A stretch of DNA of 64,000 bases. Origin: Geopsychrobacteraceae bacterium (GTDB lineage Bacteria > Desulfobacterota > Desulfuromonadia > Desulfuromonadales > Geopsychrobacteraceae). The DNA lies in NCBI GenBank assembly GCA_963662315.1, contig OY759353.1, positions 3,712,001-3,776,000 of the forward strand, written 5' to 3'. The position numbers and the translations under genes are program-made. Positions 34,678 through 44,513 of this stretch are shown one piece after another; positions within the stretch are counted from its first letter, which is position 1; every line of letters begins with the position of its first letter. The notes beneath the pieces are model-generated. The model saw only the letters and a list, made by a program, of their open reading frames with translations, was not told the DNA's origin and did no database searches.

Positions 34678-34916
34678 ATAATTTTATGTAAATTGCCCGC
34701 CAGTTAGAATGGTGGCACCCGCTCTTCAGCTTTCGATTGATTGAAGAATTTGAAGAATTCAAGATCCTTAAGGTGGACTGTGAAGTGAAATGTGAAGTAG
34801 AGAATCCATAAAAAGACGGAATCGTCATAAACAACGATCCCGCCTTCTGGGTGAAATGCTGATAAAACCTAAGTAAACCGACTACAACTTACATTCTTAG
34901 TCCCATCCTGCACGGT

Positions 34917-34961
34917 CTGAAAATCCTCGTGTCGGCAGTTCGATTCTGTCTCTGGGCACCA
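34917..34961 (+). repeat. att site: 3' half of tRNA-Phe(GAA), copy 2
   Basis: Identical to 28058-28102; no 5' half upstream. Confidence 0.93.
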
Positions 34962-34971
34962 TTAAGAAATC

Positions 34972-35004
34972 AAAGGGTTACGTCATTTGGCGTAGCCCTT
35001 TTTT
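34972..35004 (+). terminator. Intrinsic terminator after att copy 2
   Basis: AAAGGGTTACGTCA-TT-TGGCGTAGCCCTTTTTT; one base different from 28112-28144. Confidence 0.85.
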
Positions 35005-35448
35005 CTTTGCCCTGCTATCTCTTTTGCTTTTGGAGCGACGCTAAAAGTGAGCAGGCAACTTAATCCTGCCATAAATCTAATCAATTTTTTGCTGTTTTTT
35101 TACCCGCACAAGACCTTTACACACAATCTGTAATGCTCAAAATATCTAAAGCCATACCTTCACCTCTGAATCAGCTTCATTTTGTGCTAGGGAAAGTACA
35201 TATTTACTAAGCTAACTTGCTACAAGAGCCTCTCATGCCGGGCTAAGGGTGAAGAAGTATGATTAGGCACCGAGATTCACCCCTGCAGATCAAGAGGCGC
35301 GAATCTCGCTATGCAGATGAAATCGTGACGCGGAAAACGGGTTGTCACTAAGGGCTGCGGGAAGAAAAACCGGAACAAGCAGCAGCGCAATGGAGAAAGT
35401 TATGCTATGGTCAAAGCCGTTGTCGTGAACTGCTCGGAGGTCGATTCC

Positions 35449-37515
35449 ATGAAGCCTGTATTGCTTATTATGTTGATATTTATTGGTGCTGTTTTAAGTG
35501 GCTGTGGTGGCAGTGACTCTGATTCTGCCCCTGCGCCCGAAGCCACCACGGTTTTTTCAACGATGGCTGCTCCTGCTTCCGAGCCCGAGGTGCGGGATTG
35601 GCTGAGCAGTCTTTCTGCCAAAGTATCCACTGTCAGCTCAAATATCCTCACCAGTCCAGCTCTGACCTGGGAGAGCAACATTCTGCCATTGTATGACTGT
35701 TTGAAAGAACTGGGTGACGCCGAAGACTATAACGCCCAGCTGATGATACGAAGCCATGATCCGGCTGTGCGCGCGCTGGCAAATGTCGGATATCAGCAGA
35801 TTCCCGATCTTTCGGCCGCTATCAAAGAGGATACAGCCTTAAAGTTAAAAGTGCTTCAAAGCCTCGCCTCCATGATCCCCTCGAACCCAAAGCAGAAAGA
35901 AGCAAAAAGCTATCTGAACAGTTTTTTTGACACGCGATACACCGATGCCGAGTTGCAGGCTATTTCTGCAGCAAATGAGTCCCTGACAGCGGTATCGTTG
36001 CTCTATTACCAGAATGCTGTCACCAAATCAGCCTCTGCTACATTTTCGCCAGCTGAATTTGCCTGTCTGCCCTCCAGTATAAAAAGCCAGATCCCAACAG
36101 ACTCTGACGGTAACTATGTGTTTGACGCCAACAGTTCCTTGTCTTTTACTCTGGCAGAGTCCTGTTTGCCAGAGGCAATAAGAGAGCGGCTCAATGCTGT
36201 GGCTCACTCCAAAGCCGCCTCTGAAAATGCTCCCCTTTGGCCGGTGATTACCGAACGAAGACTCACCTATGCCAAGGCCTTCGGATTTGACAGTTTTGCT
36301 CAGCAGAGACTGTCGGACAACATGTTTCAAACCACAACAGCAGTTCAAGCTTTGTTGGATAATATTGAAACAATTACCCAACCCACATTTGAGCGTCTGA
36401 GGCAGAGATTTGAAACAATTCAAGCCAGTGAACAGGGTTATTTTCCCGCAACATTCCAGCACTGGAACAGAGACAGGTACTACTCTGCGGTTCGTGCTCA
36501 GATTTTAGGCCCGCCGCCTGCAAACCCGAAACTCTTGGTATTTCCGGAAGTCTTTGAGCGCATGCTTTTTCATTTTGGCCGGATTGTGGGGCTGGAATTT
36601 GTCAAATCGAATTCCCCCCAAACCTGGTGGAACAGCAACGTGATCGAGTATCAGGTGTATGACTCAAATACCGGTTTCCCTGCAGGGACATTTCTGCTGG
36701 ACCCTTATCAGATTTCCGGGTTGACGGATTTGGCAAACGCCGGATATTTGAAATCACCAGGGATTCTTGAGTCGGGCCAGATTCAGGTGCCTATTGTGAG
36801 GTTAAATGCCAATCTCGCTGAAAGCCCCAGCGCTGGCATCGCTTTATCGTCTGCTGAATATATTTCATTTGCTCACGAACTGGGCCATGCGATGCATTAT
36901 CTTTTAAAGCCTTCTAATGCGTCCACGGGACCTCTTGAAGATTATATGGAGATTCCCTCCATCACCTTTGAGCGCATTGCCGGAACCCCTTCTTTTTTGA
37001 AAGCTCTTTTGAGCGCGGATCCTCTGTCTCCATTGGCCGCTGTACCGGATGACCTTCTCCACTATCTTCAATACTATGCGCTCAACCCAGTCAGCATAGC
37101 TGAAAATCGACGCTATTATCTGGTTATCAGCTCCGCGGCATTGCATGCCTCTATGTGGACAGGCGGAGTTCAGACAGAGTTGAGTGATCTGTTCAGACAG
37201 GGATATAGTGACTATTATTTTCCCATGTCTGATCTGGCTCAACCCGGGTATTCATATACCCATTTAATCAAGCCGGGAACGGATGTGGCATACTATATGT
37301 ACTTGTTTGCCGAGGTGATTGCTCCAGACATTCTTTCAGTATTTGAAGCTTCTCCGGATTCTGTTTTTGATGAAACTATCGGTCAACGATTTCGCTCCAG
37401 TATTTTGGAGCAAAGTGCCTATAACAGAAACCAGGCTCTTGAGAGCTTTCTGGGGAGGCCCTGGAACTATAATGCCTACAGGGATTGGTTTGAAACTGCA
37501 ACCAGTCAATTGTAG
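35449..37515 (+). CDS. M3-family metallopeptidase, predicted lipoprotein
   Basis: FAHELGHAMH, YMEIPS, YYMYLFAEVIA, FLGR; lipobox LSGC; RBS GGAGG before ATG 35449. Confidence 0.85.
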   Translation: MKPVLLIMLIFIGAVLSGCGGSDSDSAPAPEATTVFSTMAAPASEPEVRDWLSSLSAKVSTVSSNILTSPALTWESNILPLYDCLKELGDAEDYNAQLMIRSHDPAVRALANVGYQQIPDLSAAIKEDTALKLKVLQSLASMIPSNPKQKEAKSYLNSFFDTRYTDAELQAISAANESLTAVSLLYYQNAVTKSASATFSPAEFACLPSSIKSQIPTDSDGNYVFDANSSLSFTLAESCLPEAIRERLNAVAHSKAASENAPLWPVITERRLTYAKAFGFDSFAQQRLSDNMFQTTTAVQALLDNIETITQPTFERLRQRFETIQASEQGYFPATFQHWNRDRYYSAVRAQILGPPPANPKLLVFPEVFERMLFHFGRIVGLEFVKSNSPQTWWNSNVIEYQVYDSNTGFPAGTFLLDPYQISGLTDLANAGYLKSPGILESGQIQVPIVRLNANLAESPSAGIALSSAEYISFAHELGHAMHYLLKPSNASTGPLEDYMEIPSITFERIAGTPSFLKALLSADPLSPLAAVPDDLLHYLQYYALNPVSIAENRRYYLVISSAALHASMWTGGVQTELSDLFRQGYSDYYFPMSDLAQPGYSYTHLIKPGTDVAYYMYLFAEVIAPDILSVFEASPDSVFDETIGQRFRSSILEQSAYNRNQALESFLGRPWNYNAYRDWFETATSQL

Positions 37516-37525
37516 GGAATTTTCT

Positions 37526-38176
37526 ATGACAGCTATGAAATATAATCACTACATATTGTTAAGGGCAATTTTGCTCGTTGCTGGGCTCTTCTTATTGGCC
37601 CTTGGGATCTCTCTTTCGGTAAAGGCTGACCTGGGAGTTTCTCCCATTTCCTGTGTGCCATACATATACAGTCAGGTTATGGCTCTTTCTTTGGGTGAAG
37701 TAACCATTCTCTTCAATGGTTTGTTTATCCTCTTGCAAATGATTGTAATGAAAGGGAAATACGAATATATGCAGCTGTCACAGCTTTTTGTAGTGATTCT
37801 GCTGGGTTATTTTATCGATTTTACACTTTTTCTTATCTCCGGCATTCATCCTGAAGCATATCTCTGGCAGGTCATTGCTTTATTGATCAGTTGCGCCTTG
37901 ATAGCTTTTGGTGTTTTTCTCATTGTAAAGGCAAATTTAATATTCGTACCCGCGGATGGTTTCGTTCTTGTCATGGCCCAGACTTATAAAAGAGAGTTTG
38001 GACAAGTCAAAATCTGTCTTGATAGCTCAATGGTGACAGTGGGAGTGATCAGTTCTATCTTCTTTCTGCACACATTGGCCGGTATAAGAGAAGGAACCCT
38101 GATCTCTGCCCTGATGGTCGGAGTTTTTATTCAAATGTATGGGAAAGCATCACTGGCCATATCCAAATATATTTAA
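37526..38176 (+). CDS. YczE/YitT-family membrane protein
   Basis: KADLGVSPISCVPY and GIREGTLISA motifs; multiple TM segments. Confidence 0.85.
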   Translation: MTAMKYNHYILLRAILLVAGLFLLALGISLSVKADLGVSPISCVPYIYSQVMALSLGEVTILFNGLFILLQMIVMKGKYEYMQLSQLFVVILLGYFIDFTLFLISGIHPEAYLWQVIALLISCALIAFGVFLIVKANLIFVPADGFVLVMAQTYKREFGQVKICLDSSMVTVGVISSIFFLHTLAGIREGTLISALMVGVFIQMYGKASLAISKYI

Positions 38177-38288
38177 ATGCCGGGAAAATGGTCGCCAGTA
38201 GAATCTCACGCTTTTTACGAGGTCTGCCAACACCTATGAACGCTTCATTTTTATTTGTGCTAATATCCATTGTGGCACATGGGGCCGT

Positions 38289-39116
38289 ATGAAAGAATCA
38301 CTGGTTCAGTATTATATTCCTGAAGCGATAGAGGGCTTAGAGCTATTATCATGCTCTGATGCAAGTTATCATTTCTCGCCACATTTCCATGATTCCTATT
38401 GCATCTGGTTTAACACGCGCAGCGCAGAAGCCTATACCCTCAAAGGCAACTCAGGGCTGTTATCCATTGGAGATATAGGGATTATTGCCCCGGGAGAGGT
38501 TCATTCAAACTGCTCTTTTGATGCAAATGCCCGGCAACTGTTGACCATCTATTTGAATGATTCTTCACTGCGAGCAATGTCTTCCCATATCTTTGGCCAC
38601 TCAGATTCTTCGGTGGAATTTCGCACTGGTTTTTATAGAGACAAAGAAAATTTCACTGAATTGCATTCTTTATGGCATATCCTTCGTCAGTCTAATTCCG
38701 CACTGGAGCGGCAAATATCCCTTTGCACCACTTTTGCTCGTTTGATAAGCCGCTATTCAAAACCGTCATATCAAGTACCGACAGTCGGGCATGAACAAAA
38801 GCGAGTTGCTCAAATTATTGAGCTGTTTCATGAGCGCTTGGCGGATAATATCGGGCTGGACGATTTGGCAAAGCAGATCGATTGCACACCATTCCACCTG
38901 ATTCGCTTCTTTAGAAAGGCAATCGGTTTGACCCCTCACGCCTACCTCATTCAGCTGCGTCTGGAAAAAGCCAAAGATCTCTTGCGGCGTGGGCAAAGTT
39001 TGGTTGACGTATCACTCTCAACTGGGTTTACGGATCAGAGTCACCTGACAAGGCACTTTAAACAGAAATTCGGTGTTACTCCCGGCTACTATCGACATCA
39101 AATCCTGAACAGTTAG
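38289..39116 (+). CDS. AraC-family transcriptional regulator
   Basis: FSPHFHDSY cupin region; GFTDQSHLTRHFKQKFGVTPGYY. Confidence 0.95.
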   Translation: MKESLVQYYIPEAIEGLELLSCSDASYHFSPHFHDSYCIWFNTRSAEAYTLKGNSGLLSIGDIGIIAPGEVHSNCSFDANARQLLTIYLNDSSLRAMSSHIFGHSDSSVEFRTGFYRDKENFTELHSLWHILRQSNSALERQISLCTTFARLISRYSKPSYQVPTVGHEQKRVAQIIELFHERLADNIGLDDLAKQIDCTPFHLIRFFRKAIGLTPHAYLIQLRLEKAKDLLRRGQSLVDVSLSTGFTDQSHLTRHFKQKFGVTPGYYRHQILNS

Positions 39117-39199
39117 TCCCCTTAGGTCAATTTTGTACAAGATGAAACAATCTTCCCCCTGCTATGACTGCTTATAAATAGTTGTCGTGGGAGGTTGTG

Positions 39200-39295
39200 A
39201 TGTCCTTTTCTTTGCGTCGCCAATTTGCACAATACCTGCAAAATTCTATCATTAGCCGGACACGATTTAATAAGTCAAGACGTCTGAAAGAGTGA
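39200..39295 (+). CDS. Putative 31-aa leader/small protein
   Basis: GGAGG RBS; MSFSLRRQFAQYLQNSIISRTRFNKSRRLKE; stop overlaps GTG 39292. Confidence 0.45.
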   Translation: MSFSLRRQFAQYLQNSIISRTRFNKSRRLKE

Positions 39296-40209
39296 CAGTA
39301 TCGCTTATGCATAAAGAACATTCTTTTACGGGAATCTGGTACATCCTTGCCGCCGCTTTACTCTGGGGAACAACCGGAACGGCCCAGGCTTTTTCACCAC
39401 ATGGCTTTGATCCCAAGGTGATTGGGGCTCTGCGTCTTCTTATCGGCGGGACGACATTACTTGTTCTTTCGCTATGCAGACGCGAGCTGGGCAAGGCCAT
39501 AGACTGGAACTGGAAGCTCATCTTCTTGTCTGCCGTTTTTACCGCCAGTTATCAGCTGTGCTTTTTTGCTGCCGTTGCCAGGACCGGTGTCGCTGTTGGT
39601 ACGATCATCAGTATCGGCAGCGCTCCTGTTACAGGTGGAATGTTGGGGCGCGTATTTCGCGCAGAACGGTTGAGCATACGTTGGTGCGTAGCGGTTCTGT
39701 TAGCCGTTTGCGGTTGTATCTTTCTCAGCTTGAACAGCGGCGAGGTCAGTTTTGACTTATTTGGTATCCTGTTGGCGGTTGGGGCGGGCGCTTCCTATGC
39801 CATCTATTCTTTGATGATCAAGGGGCTGTTGGAAAAACATTCACCTAATGCGGTAATGGCACTCGTTGTCTGTGGCGGGGCATTAATGCTGTTCCCAATG
39901 CTCATCGATTGTGATGTCAATTGGCTGCTGCAGCCCCGAGCAATCGCTGTGGTTCTTCACCTGGGGATTGCCACAATGGCACTTTCTTACTGGCTGTTTG
40001 CGCGTGGCCTGAAAACCGTGCAACTGTCCACTGCTGTGACGTTATCACTGGCGGAACCAATGACCGCTGCGACCTTAGGAATCATCGTTCTTGGTGAGCA
40101 ACTTAACAGACAAGCTCTGAGCGGCATCAGTCTGATTTTCATAGGTCTGATCGTTTTGATCATACGGTTGCCATTGCGTCCTGAAACCTCGGCAGAGGTT
40201 AAAGGGTAG
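39292..40209 (+). CDS. EamA/DMT-family transporter
   Basis: LWGTTGTAQ, SLAEPMTAATLGIIVLGE; about 10 TM segments. Confidence 0.92.
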   Translation: MTVSLMHKEHSFTGIWYILAAALLWGTTGTAQAFSPHGFDPKVIGALRLLIGGTTLLVLSLCRRELGKAIDWNWKLIFLSAVFTASYQLCFFAAVARTGVAVGTIISIGSAPVTGGMLGRVFRAERLSIRWCVAVLLAVCGCIFLSLNSGEVSFDLFGILLAVGAGASYAIYSLMIKGLLEKHSPNAVMALVVCGGALMLFPMLIDCDVNWLLQPRAIAVVLHLGIATMALSYWLFARGLKTVQLSTAVTLSLAEPMTAATLGIIVLGEQLNRQALSGISLIFIGLIVLIIRLPLRPETSAEVKG

Positions 40210-40431
40210 AAAGATAATAGAAGAAATAAACATGTAAAACCGTTCATCCCTCTGTTTCTCTTGAAAAATTGTGCAAAGCATCAATCGTTCTGGGGGGGAT
40301 GCAAACGTATAAACGTGAATATCTCAAGAAATATTTGAGTTCTCCTTATTGTTTTCCTAGCATGGAAAGGTGGTATAATTTAAGCCTACCGCGAACGATA
40401 GTCCTTTCAATGTTGAACTGGAGGTCGTGAT

Positions 40432-40767
40432 ATGGCAGAAAAACGGGACCAGCATCGTCATAAAAAACGCTTGCAGACCAGGTTTGGTCGTGAAACCACC
40501 AAAAAAATGGCATTTACTTCGGATTTGTCTACGGGAGGACTGTTTGTTATTACTGGGCAGCCGGAAGCCCCCGGTAGCCGAGTCCTCTTGGAATTAATCC
40601 TTCCTCATCAGGAAACGATTCGGGCCATTGGTCAAGTTCGTTGGGCCAAAAAAGTCCCGGCCAACCTGTTCCACGTGGCCAAAAAAGCCGGAATGGGGAT
40701 CCAGATTAAAAACATTGAAAATGGCCAGGAGGTTTTTCTGGATTATCTTGCCTCACTTAAAGCTTAA
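40432..40767 (+). CDS. PilZ-domain protein
   Basis: RDQHR (RxxxR) and DLSTGG (DxSxxG). Confidence 0.9.
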   Translation: MAEKRDQHRHKKRLQTRFGRETTKKMAFTSDLSTGGLFVITGQPEAPGSRVLLELILPHQETIRAIGQVRWAKKVPANLFHVAKKAGMGIQIKNIENGQEVFLDYLASLKA

Positions 40768-41618
40768 TGGATAGACGGGCTGGCAAGATTGCCGCTGACC
40801 CTGACTTCAAATTCTCCGTCAGCTTTTTCTTTGGCAGCGAGTTTCAGCAATTCAACCAGACCCGAATCAGCGCTTGCTGTCGGTTTAATGGTCACCCGCA
40901 GACTGACCGTACTGTTTCTGGGCGACGACCCAAGGCGTAGATTTCCACGACCCTCAAGGTTGAAATCGCCATCTTTGGCAGTCAGTTCAGTAATTCTGAA
41001 TGCTTGCCCTTTGCCTTTGGTTTTCAGCTCAATATGGCCAAGTGTGAGCATCGCGTCATCTTTCCCTTCCTCCCGAACACTGACGTTATTCAAGATTAGA
41101 TTCAGCGCGCTTTGGGAGTCTTCCCTAAGTGGGATGAGACTGTCAAAATCCGCCTGTTCGATTTGTCCGGTCAGATTCAGGTTCCAGCCATTGCGAATGG
41201 GTATCTCAATAATCAGTCCTTTGGCGGTGGCAGTGACCTGGCCGTTCTCAAAGACATCGGCAACCAGGGTCCCGGACATAAGCTGGCTGTCAACATGAAA
41301 CCCTCGATTATCAGACAACAGGGAGCCCCATAACGGCGAAATTTTGGCTTTGTCAATGCGTAGCGGCGGAATGTTTTTATCCGGTTGTCCGTCAATCACT
41401 ACATCCTTGGCGGTCAGGTTGACAAAGCCAAAGCTGAAAGATCCTTGACTGATAGCAACCTGGCTCTGTTGTTCGATGCTGTTGATCAGCCGTTGTTCAA
41501 GTATCCCGGTAGGGAAAGAAAGAGCGATTCCAATACAGGCGCCGACAAAAAAGAGAACAACACTGACGATCAGCATTTTCAGCCAGCGCATTTGTAATGA
41601 TAAACTGTTTCTTTTCAT
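40764..41618 (-). CDS. gspN: Type II secretion protein N
   Basis: N-terminal TM, FP motif, last gene of gsp operon. Confidence 0.8.
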   Translation of the reverse strand: MKRNSLSLQMRWLKMLIVSVVLFFVGACIGIALSFPTGILEQRLINSIEQQSQVAISQGSFSFGFVNLTAKDVVIDGQPDKNIPPLRIDKAKISPLWGSLLSDNRGFHVDSQLMSGTLVADVFENGQVTATAKGLIIEIPIRNGWNLNLTGQIEQADFDSLIPLREDSQSALNLILNNVSVREEGKDDAMLTLGHIELKTKGKGQAFRITELTAKDGDFNLEGRGNLRLGSSPRNSTVSLRVTIKPTASADSGLVELLKLAAKEKADGEFEVRVSGNLASPSIH

Positions 41619-42151
41619 CTGTTTTTCCTGAATACCGATACCGTAAGGGTTGCGTCGGTCAGTGCTTGGTTATCGAAGCGTTGCTTGAGCCTCAGGTTTT
41701 TGATCTGCATCGGAGTTTTTGCCGTATCAATATTCCAGAGCAGCTGCAGAACCTGTTGCAGGGTTAATTTTTCCAGTTTGATATCGAGATTTTCGATATA
41801 GATCTCGCCTTGCGTCTGAGCCGGTTGAGGGCGAATATAGCTCAGATTCTCGCGGCTTCCGACTGTCGAGGCGATGTTTTCAAGCAGGGCCAATGCGGAC
41901 AGGCCACTGCGTTTAGCAAGCTGACCCTCAATATTCTTGGTCATCTCCTGCAGGCTGAAATATTCCGCCTGCAACTGTTGCACCTCAACAATCTGCCGGC
42001 GCTTAGCCGCAATAGCTTTACCTGCACTGGTCAGGGCGTTTTGATAAGGTTCATAGATACCGATATATAGCAGAACCACGATTGCAAATAACGCACCGCA
42101 GCCGAGCATGATCAGCTCACGTTTTTCCAGTTGACTCAGACGTCCTATCAT
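41615..42151 (-). CDS. gspM: Type II secretion protein M
   Basis: LEKRE + TM + coiled coil; synteny. Confidence 0.85.
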   Translation of the reverse strand: MIGRLSQLEKRELIMLGCGALFAIVVLLYIGIYEPYQNALTSAGKAIAAKRRQIVEVQQLQAEYFSLQEMTKNIEGQLAKRSGLSALALLENIASTVGSRENLSYIRPQPAQTQGEIYIENLDIKLEKLTLQQVLQLLWNIDTAKTPMQIKNLRLKQRFDNQALTDATLTVSVFRKNR

Positions 42152-43536
42152 TGGGCTGACCCTCCCTGCGCGAGGGATAAAATAAGGCGGAAGTTGATCT
42201 TATTACCCCGCAGTGCCATCTGGGCATCAGCAACCTGAACCTTGCTGAACAAGGGGGATGCGCTTAATTGCTCAGACAGCTGATTGACTGCTTCAAACGA
42301 ACTGGTGCTGCCGGATACCCGGACTTCCGGAGGCGCATAATTGAATTCATCAACCTGCATAGCGATCGTCTCAATCTGCTCGGAAAACGCTTTCAGAACT
42401 GTCAAAACATCTGGTCCCATACTGCCGACCATAGAGTTTTTCTCGCGTAATTCATTGATGGCGGACTGCATCTGCAGGGGGACGTCAACTATCGTCGTGG
42501 CGTTGGGAAAGGTATCGCGATAGATTTGTACGATTTGCTGCTGAAGTTTATCGACCTGGTTGAGCTGTGTCTGGTACCTGGTGGCAGCGGAGCTGACCAG
42601 GATCGCAACCGTGGCCAGGCCGAGAATTGCTGTACACCATAGCGATTTTTTTAGCTTTTGCCATTCACCTTTGAGGGCAAAGCTGCCGTGGCGCAGGTTG
42701 AAAGAGCTGAGGTCTTTTGTTTTTCCCGCTCTGAATGCCAAAGAAACAGCCTGCATATATTTCATCGGAATCTGCTCGCCGGCAATTACCATTGTCAGCT
42801 CTTTGACCTGGTAGCCAAGCTCAAACAGGTGGCTTGTCAGGTCAGACGTTATCGCATCCCCGACGCAGTATATGGTTGTTTGCTGATTGGTATTTCTGGC
42901 TGAAAACTGAGTCAGTTCACGGTTTAGCCAGAAGGTATTCTGTTCAGACAACGGTTGGGGGAGCAAGCGGTAGTCTTCAATCTGCCCGTCATGAATGACT
43001 GACAGGGTGGTTTCGTGGGAGTTTGCTGCCAGAAGAATCCCTTGGGATAACTGGTCGCCAAGACCTGACAGCAGTACAAAAGGGGACAAATCCAGGACAT
43101 GCAACGGCATCCCGCAGTTTTCAGTCTGGTCAAGAATTTCCTGAATCCGGTTTTTGGGAACAGCTGCCGCAGTCACTTTGACCGGGCCTTTTCCGCGAGC
43201 TTTTAGTGGCAGTGAAGCGGTAAAGCATTCGTCAATAGGGATTGGAATCTGACTGCTCATGGCAAAGGGGAGAGCCGCCATAATTTTTTTATTGTCACTG
43301 AAGGGGAACTCCAGTTCACGGATATAGGCCGTTTTGGCTGGCAGTGCCGCAGCCAGTCGATCACCGATCTTGAAGTCTCCGGAAAGATTTTCCGTCAACT
43401 CTGCAAGTTGTGCGGCCAGGTCGTGACGATGACTCTCCAGAAGCTGAACCCTCTTCAGTTCGCTGCCTTCGATGTCGAGGACCGCAAGGTACGAGCTGAG
43501 CGGGCCAATATCCAGACCGAAATATCTTTTTGCCAT
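42148..43536 (-). CDS. gspL: Type II secretion protein L
   Basis: GLDIG actin-like N-terminus, TM, IVDVPLQM; synteny. Confidence 0.88.
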   Translation of the reverse strand: MAKRYFGLDIGPLSSYLAVLDIEGSELKRVQLLESHRHDLAAQLAELTENLSGDFKIGDRLAAALPAKTAYIRELEFPFSDNKKIMAALPFAMSSQIPIPIDECFTASLPLKARGKGPVKVTAAAVPKNRIQEILDQTENCGMPLHVLDLSPFVLLSGLGDQLSQGILLAANSHETTLSVIHDGQIEDYRLLPQPLSEQNTFWLNRELTQFSARNTNQQTTIYCVGDAITSDLTSHLFELGYQVKELTMVIAGEQIPMKYMQAVSLAFRAGKTKDLSSFNLRHGSFALKGEWQKLKKSLWCTAILGLATVAILVSSAATRYQTQLNQVDKLQQQIVQIYRDTFPNATTIVDVPLQMQSAINELREKNSMVGSMGPDVLTVLKAFSEQIETIAMQVDEFNYAPPEVRVSGSTSSFEAVNQLSEQLSASPLFSKVQVADAQMALRGNKINFRLILSLAQGGSAQ

Positions 43537-43541
43537 ATTCT

Positions 43542-44513
43542 TTATTCCACCCTGATAAATAGCAGTGAGTTGCCGGTTTTATTCACTTCTGCGACCAGTT
43601 TCTGATGTCCGTCGTTAACACTGCCATCAGCTTCAATCCGATAGTACTGACTGGTTGTTCCAAGCAGCTTCTGATTGGCAAGCGTTTTCAGAATACTGTA
43701 GCTTCCTTCTGATAACAAATTTTCCAGACTTTCAATCGACTCGATCGGTTCGTCATTTCTGCGTTCAATAATCAGTTCGGCCGTTGCTTCGTCAATGTTG
43801 CTGTTCAGGGACATCAGCACCTGGGCGCTGGCAGTATTGATGTTGATCATGTCCGAACCATTAACGCTGATGTGTGGCTTTAGTTTTTCGAGTACCTCTT
43901 TGGAAAAGCCTTTAACCAGTAACAGCTCGTCCAGTGTTTCCAGTGCTGCGTTTTTGCAGGTGTAGGAATGACTCAGACTCTGATAGTAGTCAGTCTCCGC
44001 GCCGGAGACCGGAATATCAAGGCCATCGGTCTGAATCAGCTGGTAGGCCTGATCCCCGCTGTCCAGCCAGTCGATCAAGGCGGCTGTCAGTTCGGCAGGA
44101 TCGGCCAGGTGATCGATTTCCAACGACGCGAACAGACGATAAAAGCGATCAACAACGACGGTGCGCGGATTATTGCCGCTAACCAGCGTATTGATAGCCA
44201 GTTTACTGTTCAGATCCTGAATCGTAACAGAAACGGCTCCCTGCCCAACCGGATAGCTGATGATACCAGTGTGCCAGATTTCACTGCTGTGATCATAATT
44301 ATTATCGTCTTCCTGAAGCAGCATGCGGCCGGCCGCGATACCTCCACTTGCCAGGTAGTAGGCCTTGGTTGAATCTCTGAAGGTTTCCGTCAGCCGTTGG
44401 TCAACCAGTGTCGAATAGGCCAGCTCCATGAGTAGCGAGGTCAACAGGGTGATGATCACCAGCACCAGAAGCAGCGCCATCCCCTTGTCATTTGCGATGC
44501 TTGTTTTCGTCAT
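43542..44513 (-). CDS. gspK: Minor pseudopilin K
   Basis: KGMALLLVL, LIDWLD, ININTA. Confidence 0.92.
   Translation of the reverse strand: MTKTSIANDKGMALLLVLVIITLLTSLLMELAYSTLVDQRLTETFRDSTKAYYLASGGIAAGRMLLQEDDNNYDHSSEIWHTGIISYPVGQGAVSVTIQDLNSKLAINTLVSGNNPRTVVVDRFYRLFASLEIDHLADPAELTAALIDWLDSGDQAYQLIQTDGLDIPVSGAETDYYQSLSHSYTCKNAALETLDELLLVKGFSKEVLEKLKPHISVNGSDMININTASAQVLMSLNSNIDEATAELIIERRNDEPIESIESLENLLSEGSYSILKTLANQKLLGTTSQYYRIEADGSVNDGHQKLVAEVNKTGNSLLFIRVE

Larger units (their letters stand above)
28058..34961. mobile_element. 6.86-kb integrative element (satellite/IME-like) with Rep_trans initiator
   Basis: Bounded by 45-bp direct repeats; integrase, excisionase-like, Rep_trans; no capsid or conjugation genes. 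Confidence 0.88.
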
